Source of the DNA: Cyanobacteria bacterium J06626_4
Lineage (GTDB): Bacteria > Cyanobacteriota > Cyanobacteriia > Phormidesmidales > Phormidesmidaceae
Length of the DNA stretch: 44,091 nt
Assembly (NCBI GenBank): GCA_038523235.1
Contig: JBCBJQ010000044.1
Location: 1 to 44,091, forward strand
Reading direction: 5' to 3'
A program made the translations under genes and the position numbers. The notes under the pieces were generated by a model. It saw only the letters and a list, made by a program, of their open reading frames with translations. It made no database searches and was not told the origin of the DNA. This document shows, one piece after another, positions 6,401 through 16,106 of this stretch. Positions within the stretch are counted from its first letter, which is position 1. Each line of letters opens with the position of its first letter.

Positions 6401-8783
6401 GCAGCTGCGCCCCCACCACCTGCAGCTCAATTGGACGCACATCGCCAGTTTCTGCCGCCAGGTCAGCGACGAGTCGCTGCACCAGCTCATCCCGTAGGGG
6501 ATATTGGGCTGCCGCCGTGAGTTGCCGAATCACCTCTTCTGCGGCAGTGGGGGTAAAGTTGGCCAGGGCATAGCGGACGTCTTTGCTCAGCAAATCCCAA
6601 TCGGGGCTGACGCGATTGATGATGCGCTCGGCTTCGAGCAGGTGGTGCAGATAGTCTTCACGCAGGGCCAGCACCACTTTAATTGAGGGCAAGTCAATGC
6701 ACTGCTGCAAAAAGTCGTAAAACAGCCGACGATCGCCCAGCGCCTCTTTATCAAAGAAGAATTCCTCGAACTGATCAAAAATCAGCACGTAAAAGCGGTT
6801 TTGCTCAATGCCCTCACGCAAGCGTTCCATCAGCTCAGCGGGCGTGGGGGTGGGCAGGTCGCTGGGCTCCGGTTGCTCCTCATCGGCACCGACGGCAGCC
6901 AGGGCATCGTCTAGATTTTGGGCGATCGCCTGCTGCCAATTGCCGTAGGTTTGCACCAAAATCGGTTCGGTAGTGCGCCCACGAGGGTAGAGGCTGCGCA
7001 GGCGCGGCAACAGCCCCGCCGTCAAAATCGAACTTTTGCCGACGCCCGACGGCCCGTGCACGATGATGATCGAGTGCTGGTTGCTCTGCAGACGGCTGAC
7101 CAGCGCCTCCACATCTTGTAGCCGACCCGAGGCGCGAATCTCGGCAGCGACAGCGGCCTGGGTGATCTCATCAAACTGTTTCGCCGGGCTGGGGCGCTGA
7201 TGGGGCTGTACCGCTCCCGCGCCGATAAAAGCGCGCAGGCTGTAGCGATATTCCACCTGCCGCCGCTTTTGCTTAATCTCAAAGGCGGCCCCATAGGCCC
7301 CCATGGCAAAATAATGGTCAATCAGCTCGTTCAACACTTTGAGGTGCAGGGTGAGATCGACCTCGGGGTCGGTTTCCCGGCGAGCCGCCTCTAAATATTG
7401 CAGCGCCGCCTCCGGATCTGCGAGATGCATCCGGGCTTCGCCCAGCAAAAAGCGATACCAGCCCCGCTGAAAGCTGGCGGCAATCGCCAGCGCGTTGGCC
7501 AAGTCCACGTCAGCGGGGGCAGCGGCGTGATCGACCGCTCGGCTATCGTCCAGCGCCGTCTGGGCCGCCTCTAGAATATCTAGCGCCTGCTGGGCTTCGC
7601 TTTGAGCGGTAAGCCAGTCTTCTTTAATCAGCGCCACTTCGGCGAGAAAGCCGTGATCACGGGCCAGGCGAACCGGGTCTTGGGTCTCTTGGTGCAGGCG
7701 CACGCCTTCGTTAGCGATCGCCGCCAGCGTTTCCCAGTCGCGCTGTTTTTGCAGCACTTCTGCTAAGACGTGAATGAATCGGGCCAGATGTAGCGTCTGG
7801 TCGCGATCGCGAAAATGCGTCACCAGCTGCTCAAAGTATCGCCGCGCCTGCCGCAGCGATGCCGTATAGGTGACGCGCTGCACTACGGCATTGCTGCGCC
7901 ACCATAATCCCAGATGCAGCCATAGCACCGCCCGCTTGTCAGCAGCGGTGAGCGGCTCGGGTTCCTCGGTCGGGTCTAAAGGCGTGGCCGACTCCTCTGC
8001 CTCCACTTGGGCTTGCCAAAAGGCCAGACTGCGCTCATAAAGCATTTGAGCCGTCGCCATTTCGAGCTGACTGTGGGCTTCGCGCCCCTGCAAAAAATCG
8101 AGACTAGCCTGCAAGCTCGGATCGGGTACCACGTCATGGGCCACGAGGTCTTGCAGGGCAAATTCCAGCTCGCTGCGCAGGGCATCGCTGCCCATCAGGC
8201 GAATCGAGCTGGTGTTGAGTTCGCGATCGCCGCCCCGCGCCAAAATGTTCAAAAACAGCTGGTCGGTGCCCGCTTTCAGCGCATGCACCAGCTCCCCTGC
8301 CGGTAGGGTGAAGGGAATCGCCGCCGGCGAAAAGCTGCGGAAGTCAGGTGCATAGCGGGCGAACTGCTGCTGCACGCGCCGATTCATCCACAGCACGAGG
8401 GGAAAAGGAAACTGCTGCCGAAAGCCATCGCGTGAGAGATTGGCCCCCTGCAGCACCGCCCGCTGCTGCGGTTCACTCAAATAATCAAGCCCGACCACCA
8501 GCAACGCCGCTGGCGTCTGCCCCTGCAGCTGACAGTGAATCGTTTCGCGCAGGTTCGTAAAATCGCGGGGCAGCTGCATCACGGTCGCCAGGCCTGCCTG
8601 TGCCAACTGCTGATTGACTAGATGGCGCAGACGGTGATAGTTGCAGGTCGCCAGCGTCAGCGAAAATTCCCCCGCCGACAGTCGCAGCACGGTTTGCAGC
8701 TCCTGCAGGCTGGCCTGATTGTGCTGCAGCAGTTCGTCGTCGCTATGGGCTCGGCCTGCGTTGTTGCCTAAGTTCCCCGCCAC
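3468..8783 (-). CDS. NLR-like STAND NTPase (nSTAND1-type) with TPR-like helical region, TM segment, coiled coil and 12 WD40 repeats
   Basis: Walker A GPSGVGKS, Walker B LIFDQFEE, motifs LALREDY, PIELQVVG and YQLVHDYL; hydrophobic FAMASVVAAGVIVSILAFSA; E/A/K-rich coil; GH..V.SVSFSPDG..IATAS.DGTVKLW repeats. Confidence 0.92.
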   Translation of the reverse strand: MAGNLGNNAGRAHSDDELLQHNQASLQELQTVLRLSAGEFSLTLATCNYHRLRHLVNQQLAQAGLATVMQLPRDFTNLRETIHCQLQGQTPAALLVVGLDYLSEPQQRAVLQGANLSRDGFRQQFPFPLVLWMNRRVQQQFARYAPDFRSFSPAAIPFTLPAGELVHALKAGTDQLFLNILARGGDRELNTSSIRLMGSDALRSELEFALQDLVAHDVVPDPSLQASLDFLQGREAHSQLEMATAQMLYERSLAFWQAQVEAEESATPLDPTEEPEPLTAADKRAVLWLHLGLWWRSNAVVQRVTYTASLRQARRYFEQLVTHFRDRDQTLHLARFIHVLAEVLQKQRDWETLAAIANEGVRLHQETQDPVRLARDHGFLAEVALIKEDWLTAQSEAQQALDILEAAQTALDDSRAVDHAAAPADVDLANALAIAASFQRGWYRFLLGEARMHLADPEAALQYLEAARRETDPEVDLTLHLKVLNELIDHYFAMGAYGAAFEIKQKRRQVEYRYSLRAFIGAGAVQPHQRPSPAKQFDEITQAAVAAEIRASGRLQDVEALVSRLQSNQHSIIIVHGPSGVGKSSILTAGLLPRLRSLYPRGRTTEPILVQTYGNWQQAIAQNLDDALAAVGADEEQPEPSDLPTPTPAELMERLREGIEQNRFYVLIFDQFEEFFFDKEALGDRRLFYDFLQQCIDLPSIKVVLALREDYLHHLLEAERIINRVSPDWDLLSKDVRYALANFTPTAAEEVIRQLTAAAQYPLRDELVQRLVADLAAETGDVRPIELQVVGAQLQRDDITTLAQYEALGELPKQTLVQNYLASVVHDCGPPNERLAWVVLYLLTDEDREQRLYRPLKTREEIEYELQLLEMPFDSAQLTLAIEILVGSGLVFEIPEEPETRYQLVHDYLVRYVRDVQTPGLMAELETARAAAAAAAAAQEVAELERDKLAEANAVLAEANAEADEVVGKARKEAKDVRRFAMASVVAAGVIVSILAFSATRLSTIARDAVDLAKAEETRANEQELLVAELNEDAEAAKERLEEADEALKTAQAEKTDAEQETLDAEQKREDALADLARVQRQADASEQTRKKLEALASRTQEEYEVAQANLEKAEQEKAEAEEAKVIAEGQKLDVEVQRQAVEVGLLMASGLNFEALKVATEMGRQLQSREEPMASLASVQSPLLAINTANVNLRNSPISSSTRMQAITAFWKTVYQSGFIESNTLSDHDDRVWSVSFSPDGETIATASVDGTVKLWSRQSQVLETLNGHIGAVFDISFSSDGETIATASLDGTVKLWSRQGQVLETLSGHDSKVMSVSFSPDRETIATGSLDDTVKLWNRQGELLQTLAGHDNDVYDVSFSPDGETIASASWDGTVKLWNRQGEELQTLGDRNTGITSVSFSPDGETIATGSLDDTVKLWNRQGELLQTLTGHDNDVYDVSFSPDGETIASASWDKTVKLWNRQGDLLQTLTGHDRAVYSVSFGPSGDTLASGSRNGTVKLWNRQKQQPPTLDGYNSAFDVSFSPDGEIIAGAMDGTVKLWNRQRQELQTLDRQGSFFDSARFSPNGDIIASTTDNTVVLWNPQTQELQTLEGHSDDVMSVSFDPDGDIIASASSDNTVKLWNRQGQELKTLIGHDNAVYSVSFSPDGEILASASSDGTVKLWNRQGELLQTLDGHRELFWRVNFAPLYDDTLAAVGLGGTIVLWNFDLEDLLARSCDWFSDYLQNPSVPEDEKQALCPDQVAPVRQAASPTRSPFGQVVGWVRQWFDLT
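3660..5110 (-). repeat. 12 WD40-coding repeats of ~123 bp, including a near-identical 246-bp-period duplication
   Basis: Segments ~4393-4590 and ~4639-4836 are nearly identical at DNA level, for example the shared CACGTCATAGACATCATTGTCATGTCCCG. Confidence 0.9.
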
Positions 8784-10066
8784 TGTTGATAGACCTCAGT
8801 TTCTGCTAGCACGGGATTGATATCGACCCAACGCCCGCGATCGTCGCGATATTCGTAAAGAAAGAGGTTGCGTAACAAACTATTGTAATCATTGTCGCCC
8901 TGCAGGGTACGGTTCTTTACGGCTCGAAACAGCAGCTGCCATTCGTCGGTATCGATCAGCGCCAGCATGTCGTTGCGCTCATCGCGAATCACCTGTTCTA
9001 ACGTGGCCCTCGATAGCGGCGGACTTTGCTTGCGCAGGCAACCGTAGATATAACGCAACACGCTGCGCATGTGGCCGCCACTCACCATGCAAAGGCGATC
9101 GAGGGTGTCAGGGGTGTCAAAAACTTGGGTGATTTGGGCCAGGCGATCGCCCGCCGACAGCTCGGGATACGCCCGCGCCAGCACCATTTGCCGCAGCTTG
9201 CCCAGACTCACGTCATTGATCTGGCCGCTAATGTTGTGGGTCGGCACCATCGTCAACACCGACGGTCGCACCCCAAAGCGATTAATCAAAATTGGTAAAT
9301 CATTCGAAAATGCCAGCGACAGGGGAATCGTGTATAGCACATGGCAGTTCAACCGCTTCAACTGTTCGCCGCGATCGACGAACAGATACTCCGGCTGAAA
9401 TCGACCGCTCGGCTTCGGGTTGGGGAAGACGCGATCGAGGTTGTCCACGATCGCCACCAGTCCGGCTTTACCCTGGGCTTTGAGTTGCGCGATCGCCGGA
9501 TCGAGCAGTTCCTGATTGATCGCATCCAAAATATTCTTCGTGCGCGGCTCTAAATATTGATGGAGCTGACTGCGCAAGTCGGTGCTTTCTTTCGACTGGG
9601 CGGTGATGTTGGCAATCCCCACCGACAGGCTCACGTCCGAAATTTCCATCGGCATCCGCAGCGTGTCCGAAATGCTTTGAAACAACCGTTGAAAGTAGCC
9701 CGGCTGCAGCGCAATACCCACCTTTTCTAAACTGGCGCTGATCTGCCGCGCGATCACCAGCAAAATGTCCGTCACCTCGACATCCGCCAACTCCAAATCC
9801 ACATCGGATTCAAAATAGACCACGTGAAAGCCCGCCTGCTCCAGCTGATCTCGCAGGCGAAACAGTTCCGTCGATTTGCCCGAACCTACATGCCCGGTCA
9901 AGAGCTGCGTGGTCGATTCATCCGGCGAAATCACGGTAATCGTGCGCGCCAGCTCCTCCACAATGTCGCCGCCCCGCACATCCGAAAAGTTGATGTAGTA
10001 GCGAGCATCGGCGATCGGTCGGCTCGGATTTGATGCCTTATAAAACTGACTAACCTGCAGCTCCAC
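8768..10066 (-). CDS. P-loop ATPase, partner of the downstream STAND-WD40 protein
   Basis: Walker A GHVGSGKS, Walker B AIVDNLD, motif SGGHMR; GTG start; 16-bp overlap with the STAND-WD40 ORF. Confidence 0.9.
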   Translation of the reverse strand: MELQVSQFYKASNPSRPIADARYYINFSDVRGGDIVEELARTITVISPDESTTQLLTGHVGSGKSTELFRLRDQLEQAGFHVVYFESDVDLELADVEVTDILLVIARQISASLEKVGIALQPGYFQRLFQSISDTLRMPMEISDVSLSVGIANITAQSKESTDLRSQLHQYLEPRTKNILDAINQELLDPAIAQLKAQGKAGLVAIVDNLDRVFPNPKPSGRFQPEYLFVDRGEQLKRLNCHVLYTIPLSLAFSNDLPILINRFGVRPSVLTMVPTHNISGQINDVSLGKLRQMVLARAYPELSAGDRLAQITQVFDTPDTLDRLCMVSGGHMRSVLRYIYGCLRKQSPPLSRATLEQVIRDERNDMLALIDTDEWQLLFRAVKNRTLQGDNDYNSLLRNLFLYEYRDDRGRWVDINPVLAETEVYQQWRGT

Positions 10067-10223
10067 GAATCACCCCAAGCTCCTGATAGCACGCCCTTTA
10101 TAGCACGCAGACGAGAGGAAGCAGCCATCTGTCTTGCCGAGGAACTGTGTACCCATTAAACAACCAGTACGCATTCACAACCGGTGCACAGTTCCGGCAA
10201 GAACGAATTAACTGCGCCAATCC

Positions 10224-11030
10224 TTAACGCGCTTCATTGAGGGCGTTTTGGTAGCCCGGACAGGTACTGGCGATCGCCGCTTCAAAATCTGCAACTCCCG
10301 ACTCCCGAATGTAGGCCACCAAGTCTTTATTAGGGTCACGGTCAATAATTGTCAGCTTTTCACAGGCTGGTTTGCGCTCAAACTCTGGGTTGTAAAAGTC
10401 AATCGAAGTTTGCAGCGGGTCATTGATCGCCGCCAAGACGACCACATAATCAGGACAGTATTGCAGAATGCTATTGGCAAAGTGTTCCACGCCAGAGCGG
10501 CTGACCCAATCTTCAATCGGTTGTCTGAGTTCCTGTTTGCGCCTTAGCTGATCGCAAGGATGCAGGATATCGAAATCCAGAGATGCGTTGCGAGCCTTGG
10601 TGTTTTGCCAAAGCTGAGCTAACTCGGGCAAGAGAGTTCGACAATCTCGATAAACCCTGGTTGCTAGCCGCCTGAACCCTTGCTTATCCAAGTCAAACGA
10701 GCCAGCGATCTCAGATCTCAGACTGTCGCAGGAATTATCTCTCGGAGCGACATTGGTAATTCTGTCTGCCTCTTGTAGAGCACCCAAATGGGTGCGGCAC
10801 TGAGTCGATATCGCCGAGGCAAACTGGTCATACCTCAAGCCAGCATAGTATTCATTCACGAGATACGGCACGACTCTCGACTCGCTGAATTGTTCAATTT
10901 CATCAAGCTCTTGGCAAAGAACATTGGTTTCGCTCGCTGGTTCGGGATCGTCAGCTCTGGTTAGTGCTTGACCAACTAATAAAGCGGCCATCAAGCTGAG
11001 GGTGGCTCTCATCGCAAATGTACGACGCAT
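10224..11030 (-). CDS. Secreted hypothetical protein with four Cys-paired helical repeats
   Basis: Signal-like N-terminus, then four units of C-x-x-L ... F/L-x3-I/V-x3-C (8 Cys in total). Confidence 0.75.
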   Translation of the reverse strand: MRRTFAMRATLSLMAALLVGQALTRADDPEPASETNVLCQELDEIEQFSESRVVPYLVNEYYAGLRYDQFASAISTQCRTHLGALQEADRITNVAPRDNSCDSLRSEIAGSFDLDKQGFRRLATRVYRDCRTLLPELAQLWQNTKARNASLDFDILHPCDQLRRKQELRQPIEDWVSRSGVEHFANSILQYCPDYVVVLAAINDPLQTSIDFYNPEFERKPACEKLTIIDRDPNKDLVAYIRESGVADFEAAIASTCPGYQNALNEAR

Positions 11031-11826
11031 GGCAGAAACTCCTTTAAGTGGGAACAGCCGTCAGCGACTGTTCAAGGCTGAGCAAGGCACCTAAAGCACG
11101 ACAAAAACTGCCCAATTTTTCCCATCAAAAAGTTTCAGAAAAAGCAAGCGCCGCACCATACAACAACAGCAGTGCTTTCCTTTTCCGTACAATTCGATCT
11201 TGTTTTCGACAACAGGCCCTGTTTTAGGCGAACAATTGTTTGTTCAGACAATAGCCTTATCTAGACAAACCAAATATTTCTCCAGACATCGAGTCCTGTT
11301 GGTTGAGCGGGCGCGCGATCGCCCGTAGAAAACTTTCCTTAAACCAATCTGGTTGATAAGAAGCTGGCAGCATGAAGTCCTTTAAAAATTTAGCTAGAGG
11401 GGAACTCTAGAAATTAATCTGGTGACTCGCAACGAATTCATTTGATTAATAGATTGCCTGAACTTATTTGATGCGTCTATGGGGAAAAGTTCAGGCAAAG
11501 TTCATTTGCCTATCCAGAAGTTCATTTATTTTCAGCTTGTACGTTCAGCTAAGCGAGAGCGCTCATGTCTATTTGACAGAGATTTTGTAGCCTGATTTAC
11601 TTTTTCTATGCTGAAGTTTTTCTAGGGTCTTATTGCCAATATTCTGGATTTCAAGCCTCACAAGGGTTTCACGATTTGCTCATGACTCCCAGCAATTTTG
11701 ATGTGGAAATAATCGCCATTTTGAGCGATCGAAGGCCCAATACCCTCTTTGTAACGTCGGGGAGCCTGGGGGCTGAAAAGCAAGATTTGCAGAGAAGCGG
11801 TATCCGGCGTCTCATGATGCCTACCT

Positions 11827-11999
11827 AACCTGAGTTCGGGATCAGAATAAGTAACGCTTTTACCCGCCGATTGAGCCTCAAATCCCCTCTCGGGAGGGGT
11901 ACCAAAGGCGGGGTGGGGGCCGATCAGTCGCGCTAACTAGCGATCCACCCACCCCTTAGCCCCTCCCAGGAGGGGAAATATCTAACCCGAACTGACGTT
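11827..11999. mobile_element. 173-bp MITE with 14-bp TIRs and 4-bp target duplication ACCT, carrying a REP doublet
   Basis: AACCTGAGTTCGGG (11827-11840) vs CCCGAACTGACGTT (11986-11999), 12/14 complementary; ACCT at 11823-11826 and 12000-12003; internal CCCCTC(T/C)-N2-GGAGGGG palindromes at 11884 and 11960. Confidence 0.85.
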
Positions 12000-12042
12000 A
12001 CCTAGCAGTAGTCTTCCCTGGTCGCTATTTAACCAGCCTCTC

Positions 12043-12070
12043 AATTCCGCATTCCGAATTCTGAATTCTG
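12043..12070. repeat. Short tandem heptamer repeat (STRR-like)
   Basis: AATTCCG CATTCCG AATTCTG AATTCTG. Confidence 0.6.
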
Positions 12071-12099
12071 TCACACCGCTACGGCTCAGCCTGCCATTT

Positions 12100-12399
12100 T
12101 CAAGGTCGCTTCTGCAGGGCTTTGAGCAGATCACGCCGTTCTTGGGGCGTGAGGCCAAACATTAAGAAGCGCGCTTCTTTCACCAGCAGGGCGACGGTTA
12201 GCCCCACACACAGCCCCAGACCGGCTGCCGCGAGCCGATTAAATGCCAACCCGTAGCGAATGGCGGCCCAGGTAAAGTGTTCTGCGGCCTGCTGCCAGGT
12301 GCGTCTGAGGCTCCAAATGCTCATCATCCCAGCGGTGGCCCACAGCCCCAGCGTCACCAGCCACCAACGCCGCATCCAAACGCGCCTTAGGGCCAGCAT
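12100..12399 (-). CDS. Conserved cyanobacterial two-TM hypothetical protein downstream of secF
   Basis: RWWLVTLGLWAT...FTWAAIRYGLAFNRLAAAGLGLCVGLT...FGLTPQE. Start is uncertain (ATG 12399 or TTG 12447); the longer listed ORF overlaps secF. Confidence 0.7.
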   Translation of the reverse strand: MLALRRVWMRRWWLVTLGLWATAGMMSIWSLRRTWQQAAEHFTWAAIRYGLAFNRLAAAGLGLCVGLTVALLVKEARFLMFGLTPQERRDLLKALQKRP

Positions 12400-12469
12400 C
12401 CGTGCCGTATTGGGGGGGGAAGCTTCAGGCTGCACAGGGATTTTCAACCAACAGACGGCTCTGACCGAA

Positions 12470-13435
12470 TCAAGGCGTTTCTTCGACGGGTTGCCCCGCC
12501 TCAGGCAGACCGGCAATGGCCTGACCAGACTGGACGCGCCACCAGGCCAGCAACGTACTCGCGACAAAAATGCTGGAATAGGCCCCCGCCAAGAAGCCCG
12601 TAATTAACGCCAAGGCAAAGAATTTCAGGGTTTCGCCCCCAAACAGGACGATCGCCACGAGAGGCAAGACGGTCGTCAGGCTGGTGTTGATGGAGCGGGT
12701 CAGGGTCTGATTGACGCCATCATCTACTAGGTCGTTAATGTGACGCTCGGGATGCAGTTTGATATTTTCGCGGATGCGATCGTAAATGACGACGGTATCG
12801 TTCACTGAGAAGCCGACAATGGTCAGCAGCGCCACGATGAACAGGCTGTTGACCTCCACCTGCAGCAAGAGCCCCAGCCAGGCAAACAGGCCCATGGTAA
12901 TCACCACATCATGCAGCAGCGCCACGATCGCCAGCAAGGCATAGTCGAGCTGAAACCGCACGCTGAGGTAAATGACAATCCCGGCAAAGGCCACAATCAG
13001 CGCAATCAAACCTGAGGCAAACAGCTGTTGACCAATCACCGGCCCCACCGAATCGATTTGCGTCGATTGATTATCCAGCGGCCCGAAGGTGCTCGCGAGG
13101 GCCGCACGCAGGGTCGATTCTTCATCAACGTCGAGGTTGCGGGTGCGGATAGAGACGCTTTGACCGTCGTCTCCTGCCACCTGAATCACCCCGGTTTCTA
13201 AACCCTGTTGCGCCAACAAGGCTCGCACATCAGCCGAGTCAATTGGCGCAGTGCAGTCAGCCTGGGCACAATCGCGCACGATCTGGATGCGGGTGCCGCC
13301 CGCAAAGTCGAGACCCGGGCGCAACGGTGCTCCCAATTGCTGCCAGCTAATCACCATGCCAATCAGGCTGGCCACAATGAATAGGCTGGAAATCAACCAC
13401 CAGAACGGTCGCTGTCGAATAATATCTAGCTTCAT
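12470..13435 (-). CDS. secF: Protein translocase subunit SecF
   Basis: Motifs [41 protein letters not shown] and TLTRSINTS; the ATG at 13435 overlaps the secD stop (ATGA). Confidence 0.97.
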   Translation of the reverse strand: MKLDIIRQRPFWWLISSLFIVASLIGMVISWQQLGAPLRPGLDFAGGTRIQIVRDCAQADCTAPIDSADVRALLAQQGLETGVIQVAGDDGQSVSIRTRNLDVDEESTLRAALASTFGPLDNQSTQIDSVGPVIGQQLFASGLIALIVAFAGIVIYLSVRFQLDYALLAIVALLHDVVITMGLFAWLGLLLQVEVNSLFIVALLTIVGFSVNDTVVIYDRIRENIKLHPERHINDLVDDGVNQTLTRSINTSLTTVLPLVAIVLFGGETLKFFALALITGFLAGAYSSIFVASTLLAWWRVQSGQAIAGLPEAGQPVEETP

Positions 13436-14901
13436 GAGTTCGAAGGAGCGGTGGTGGACAGACCGGGGCAAAAGAGTTCCGGCTTGCGAAATTGGGGTAA
13501 CCCCAAGGAAACGAACAGCAGCGTACGACTGCAGGTGACGGCGGTAAACAAGCTAATGACCACGCCAATGGCGAGCGTCAGCGCAAATCCTTTCACTAAA
13601 CCAGCGCCAAACCAAAAGAGGGCGGCGCAGGCAATCAGGGTGGTGACATTGCTATCAAGAATGCTCGAAAAGGCTCGGTAAAAGCCCGATTCTACAGACC
13701 GATAGAGGGTTTTGCCGCTTCTCAGCTCTTCGCGGGTGCGTTCAAAAATCAGCACGTTGGCATCGACGGCCATGCCAATACTCAAAATAAAGCCCGCGAT
13801 GCCGGGCAGCGTCAGGGTCACGCCAAAGGCATTGAACGCGGCGAAGGTCAGCAGGGCATATACCACCAGGGCAATATCGGCGAGCACGCCCGGTAGCCGG
13901 TAGTAAACCGCCATGAAAATCAGCACCAACACCAAGCCGACGATCGCGGCGTACAGGCTGCGGCGAATACTGTCTTGGCCCAGGGTCGGCCCGACGGTGC
14001 GGGTCTCGACGACGGCAACGGGCAAGGGCAAGGCCCCGCCTCGGAGCTGAATGGCTAAGTCACTTGCCCCTTCGGCGTCAAAGTTGCCTGAGATGACGGC
14101 CCCTCCGGTAATGCCCGTTTCGGCGTATCGCACGTCTACTGTCGGGGCACTGATCAGGCGATTGTCTAAAAAGATGCCCAGACTGCGGCCCGTACCGGCC
14201 ACGTTGCGACTGAGCTCGGCAAACTGATTGCCGCCCGCGGCATCGAAGTCTAAGACGACCTCCCACTGGTTGCCGCCCTGGCGCGGCTGAGCATAGGCAT
14301 CGGTCAGTCGCTCGCCGGTCAAGGCGGCCGGGGCGAACAATTCGCGAATGGCCCGATTGCTCTCGCGAATTGCGGTTTGCACTGACTGAATCTGCTGTTC
14401 TAACTCGGCCGGTACCGGTGTGCTGTCGGGGTCAGCCGTCGTGGCGTTCAACAAGCTTTGATTGCCCGTTTCGGCTGCTTGCTGGAGCGTGAGCAGTTCG
14501 AGCTGATGCTGCTGCAAAATCTGATTTTCAATTTGAAATTGCTGGTTGGTTTCGGGCTTCTGCGACCGAAATTCGAGCTGTGCCGTTTCCCCCAGCACGC
14601 GCTGGGCCTGTTCCGGATCGCTCACCCCCGGCAGCTGCACCAGCAGCTGATTTTGCCCCAAAATTTGCACCGATGTTTCCGACACGCCCAACTCATTGAC
14701 GCGGTCAGAAATCACTCGCTGCACGGCTTCTAAGTCCGTCTCGGTGAGGGTGGGAATTTTCTCGGTGGTCTCGACCTGCAGTGTCAGCTGAGTGCCACCG
14801 CGCAGATCCAGCCCCAGCCGCGTCGGGGTAGCGGAAATGAGTACGATCGCGGCGATCGCGAGGCCAAAAATCATCGCTAGCAGCAGCCGTTGTTTGCCCA
14901 T
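13432..14901 (-). CDS. secD: Protein translocase subunit SecD
   Basis: Motifs [30 protein letters not shown] and [26 protein letters not shown]. Confidence 0.97.
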   Translation of the reverse strand: MGKQRLLLAMIFGLAIAAIVLISATPTRLGLDLRGGTQLTLQVETTEKIPTLTETDLEAVQRVISDRVNELGVSETSVQILGQNQLLVQLPGVSDPEQAQRVLGETAQLEFRSQKPETNQQFQIENQILQQHQLELLTLQQAAETGNQSLLNATTADPDSTPVPAELEQQIQSVQTAIRESNRAIRELFAPAALTGERLTDAYAQPRQGGNQWEVVLDFDAAGGNQFAELSRNVAGTGRSLGIFLDNRLISAPTVDVRYAETGITGGAVISGNFDAEGASDLAIQLRGGALPLPVAVVETRTVGPTLGQDSIRRSLYAAIVGLVLVLIFMAVYYRLPGVLADIALVVYALLTFAAFNAFGVTLTLPGIAGFILSIGMAVDANVLIFERTREELRSGKTLYRSVESGFYRAFSSILDSNVTTLIACAALFWFGAGLVKGFALTLAIGVVISLFTAVTCSRTLLFVSLGLPQFRKPELFCPGLSTTAPSNS

Positions 14902-15275
14902 ACCGTTCTTAGACTCGCAGCATCATCATTATCGTCATTGGCGCTCCCTGATTTAGCTAAGGTTGCACAGTGACTTGGCTCTCTAGTGTACCGCTGAAAG
15001 CTCAGTGCAGATCCTCAAAAGCGCGTTGCCGATTGAGCACATAGTTCAGGAGGGCAGCGCGACTCTGCCGTGGTCTCTGGCCGCTGCATCGCCAGCGCCG
15101 GCAACGGCGGTATCGTCTCTGTATCTGGGGTTCCCGAAGATAGCTCACCCAGTATCGGGCCGCTTTTGCCCCTGCTTTGAATTATGAAAAACGCCAGCGA
15201 TGGCCGCTCATCTCGCGGTTCCTCCCGACTCAAGCCGATCTATTCTGAGAAAACTTAAGTCGGCCTCCGGTGCCT

Positions 15276-15887
15276 ATGAACGCTGCGTCCGAGATCCAAG
15301 ATCGCTTTATTACCATCGCCCAGGATCTGAGTCCGGTTTTAGCTGAGGCGATCGCGCGCACTGACCCGATTGAACTGCAGCCGCATCAGGAGGTCCCCCT
15401 AGCCGAACGCTTGTGCCGGGCAGTGGCGGGGCAACAGCTGTCGATCAAGGCGGCGGCCAGTATTTGGGGGCGAGTGGTCGAGCGGGCTGATGGCCAAGCT
15501 TTGATCGAGCATTTCGCCACCACTGAGCCACAAACCTTGCACGACTGTGGCTTGTCGCGAGCCAAGGCGAAAGCGCTGGGGGCGATCGCGGCAGCGGCCC
15601 TAGCAGGAGAGCTGGATGTCGAGGTGTTGGGGGGCATGGCCACCGGCGATCGCACGCAGCGACTGGTTCAAATTTGGGGGGTGGGTCAGTGGACGGCTGA
15701 TATGATTAACCTCTTCTATTTTGGTGATCCCGATATCTGGCCCGATGGCGACACGACCGCCCGCAAAACGTTGGAGCGACTGACCAGTGCCCGGCGCAAA
15801 ACGACGCGCACCGCGGCTCATTTTGCACCCTACCGCTCTTACCTGGCGCTCTATATGTGGCGGCAAGCCGATGCCGCGCCTGAGTAA
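15276..15887 (+). CDS. alkA: DNA-3-methyladenine glycosylase II family (HhH-GPD)
   Basis: Motifs AVAGQQLSIKAAASIW, GLSRAK, HhH IWGVGQWTADM, PDIWPDGD and FAPYRSY. Confidence 0.85.
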   Translation: MNAASEIQDRFITIAQDLSPVLAEAIARTDPIELQPHQEVPLAERLCRAVAGQQLSIKAAASIWGRVVERADGQALIEHFATTEPQTLHDCGLSRAKAKALGAIAAAALAGELDVEVLGGMATGDRTQRLVQIWGVGQWTADMINLFYFGDPDIWPDGDTTARKTLERLTSARRKTTRTAAHFAPYRSYLALYMWRQADAAPE

Positions 15888-15890
15888 TGT

Positions 15891-15920
15891 CATTCCTCTG
15901 CCAAGCATTCCTCTGCCAAG
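15891..15920. repeat. Perfect 15-bp tandem duplication
   Basis: CATTCCTCTGCCAAG x2 just after the alkA stop. Confidence 0.85.
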
Positions 15921-16106
15921 GGGCGTCGCGACCCGCATCACCCGCCTGACCTTGGCCGTCCGTCAGATGCCTCAGACACTGCTGATCTGGTATTGGGCGT
16001 AACAAAATTTAGGTGATGGTGTCGAGGGTGCGTGATAGCATCACTCCAAAGACTGAGCGCCGGTTTGACCTCAGTTAAACACCGTAAACGGGAGCAGAAA
16101 AGCATC

